The notes beneath the pieces are model-generated. The model was not told the DNA's origin, made no database searches, and saw nothing but the letters and a program-made list of their open reading frames with translations. A stretch of 64,000 nucleotides of DNA from Bugula neritina (lineage: Eukaryota > Animalia > Bryozoa): assembly GCA_964035545.1 (NCBI GenBank), contig OZ037765.1, positions 14,766,698 through 14,830,697 on the forward strand, in the 5' to 3' direction. Numbering within the stretch: the first letter of the stretch is position 1; each line of letters begins with the position of its first letter. The position numbers and the translations under genes are program-made. Positions 62,500 through 64,000 of this stretch are shown here, piece after piece.

Positions 62500-64000
62500 A
62501 TACTGAAACATACTGCAACATACCGAAATATACTGTAACATTCTGAAATATACTGCAAGATACTGCAATATACTGAAATACACAATAACATACTGAAATA
62601 CACTGCAACATACTGCAACATACTGACATACACTGGAACATACTGAAATACACTGCAACATACTACAACATACTGAAATACACTGTAACCTACTGAAATA
62701 TGCTGTAGCACACTGAAATATACTGCAACATACTAAAATATACTGCAACACATTGAAATATACTGCAACATAGTCAAATATAATGCAAGATACTGTAACA
62801 TTCTGAAAAACACTGTAACATACTTAAATACACTGCAACATACTGCAACATACTGAAATACACTGCAACACATTGAAATAAACCGCAACATACTTCAATA
62901 TACGGTAACATACTGAAATATACTGTAACTCATTGAAAAACATTGCAACATACTGAAACATACTGAAATATGCTGTAGCACACTGAAACACACCGCAGTT
63001 CACTGAAAAATAGTGTAATATACGGAAATGTACCGTAACATACTGAAATATACTGTAACAGACTGAAATGTACTGTAACACACTGAAATATACTGCAACA
63101 TACTGAAATATACTGCAACATACTGCAACATACCGAATTACACTGTAACAAACTGAAATACACTCCAACATACTACAACATACTGAAATACACTGTAACA
63201 TGTTGAAGTACACCGCAACACATTGAAATATACTGCAACATACCGAAATATATGGTAAACTACTGAAATATACGGTAACACATTGAAACATACCGCAAAA
63301 TATTAAAATACACTGCAACACACTGAAGTATACTGTAATATATATAGAAATGTACTGTAAAATACTTAAACATACGACAACATACCAAAAATTATACTGC
63401 AACATACTGAATTACACTGCAATATCCTGAAATATACTTCAACATACTGAAACAGACCTAAAAACATTGAAATATACTGAAATACAGTGTAGGATATTGA
63501 AATACACTGCAACAATTTGGAATATACAGCAACATACCGAAATATATGGTAACCTACTGAAACATGTTGCAAACTACTGAAATATACTGCAACATACTGC
63601 AACATAATGAAATATACTATAACACACTGGAATAAACTGCAAAATACTGAAATATACTGTAACATACTGAAACATACTGCAACATACCGAAGTATACTGT
63701 AACATACTGAAATATACTGCAAGAAACTGCAATATACTGAAATACACTGTAACATACTGAAATACACTGCAAAATACTGCAACATACTGACATACACTGT
63801 AACATACTGAAATACACTGCAACATACTACAACATACTGAAATACACTGTAACCTACTGAAATATGCTGTAGCACACTGAAATATACTGCAACATACTGA
63901 AATAAAATGCAAGTTACTACAACATACTGAAATACACTGTGACATACTGAAATACACTGCATCATACTGCAACATACTGCAACATACCTAAATACACTGT
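62500..64000 (+). repeat. Dispersed copy of ~49075-50574 (offset 13426), truncated by the window end
   Basis: Shared private variants ATACACAATAAC, TACTTCAATATACGG, TGAAGTACACCGC, AAAATATTAAAA, CTGCATCATAC and ATACCTAAATAC. ORFs 49398..49979 = 62824..63405 and 50148..50549 = 63574..63975. Confidence 0.9.

Larger units (their letters stand above)
1..64000 (+). repeat. Satellite DNA array, 10-bp basic unit (consensus TG[C/T/A]AA[C/T]A[T/C]AC) with higher-order structure; runs off both window ends
   Basis: Every line is a run of 10-mers such as TGCAACATAC, TGAAATACAC, TGTAACATAC and TGAAATATAC. The 10-column register holds for kilobases, the orientation is the same throughout, and no non-repeat insert is seen. 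Confidence 0.99.

Noticed and set aside
201-63975. Hundreds of minus-strand ORFs (60-468 aa) as protein-coding genes
   Set aside because: They overlap in all three frames with the same low-complexity motif, which follows directly from a stop-free 10-bp repeat. There is no recognisable domain or gene structure, and indels ignore codon phase.
1-64000. CRISPR array or other repeat-spacer system
   Set aside because: There are no unique spacers. The sequence between landmarks is the same degenerate 10-mer, and no cas-like ORFs are present.
1-64000. Telomeric repeat tract
   Set aside because: There are no G-runs on either strand. Large blocks with inherited variants indicate recombinational amplification rather than telomerase addition.
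1-64000. Transposon, LTR or MITE insertion, or an inversion within the array
   Set aside because: No non-satellite segment, terminal repeats, target-site duplication or strand switch was seen. Even the most diverged modules (C, F) still fit the 10-bp frame.
1-64000. Fungal RIP signature (CpA>TpA, TpG>TpA)
   Set aside because: Most cytosines in the unit are followed by A anyway, CpT>TpT variants are also common, and CpA/TpG remain very abundant. Not supportable without a normalised spectrum.
1-64000. Assignment to a named satellite family, organism or confirmed centromere
   Set aside because: I do not reliably recognise this unit. A database search and chromatin data would be required.

Overview
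The whole 64-kb window is one uninterrupted, single-orientation satellite DNA array. It is built from a degenerate 10-bp unit (+ strand TGCAACATAC / TGTAACATAC alternating with TGAAATATAC / TGAAATACAC). I see no credible protein-coding gene, RNA gene, transposon, CRISPR array or unique sequence. The hundreds of minus-strand ORFs are an artefact: the repeat has no stop codons on that strand. The structure is hierarchical: 10-bp units, then ~20-bp dimers, then diverged, recognisable modules of a few hundred bp, then kb-scale higher-order blocks. Those blocks have been duplicated in tandem, nested and at a distance (offsets 240, 250, 670, 1700, 1864, 2529, 3612, 4338, 4596, 7316, 9104, 13426, 14561, 18820 bp, read from shared private variants and identical ORF-track entries). 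A central domain (~18.7-40 kb) carries its own markers. It is flanked on both sides by domains that share markers with each other, which resembles layered expansion in centromeric or heterochromatic satellites. The organism and function cannot be assigned from the sequence. Block boundaries were read by eye and are approximate to a few tens of bp.
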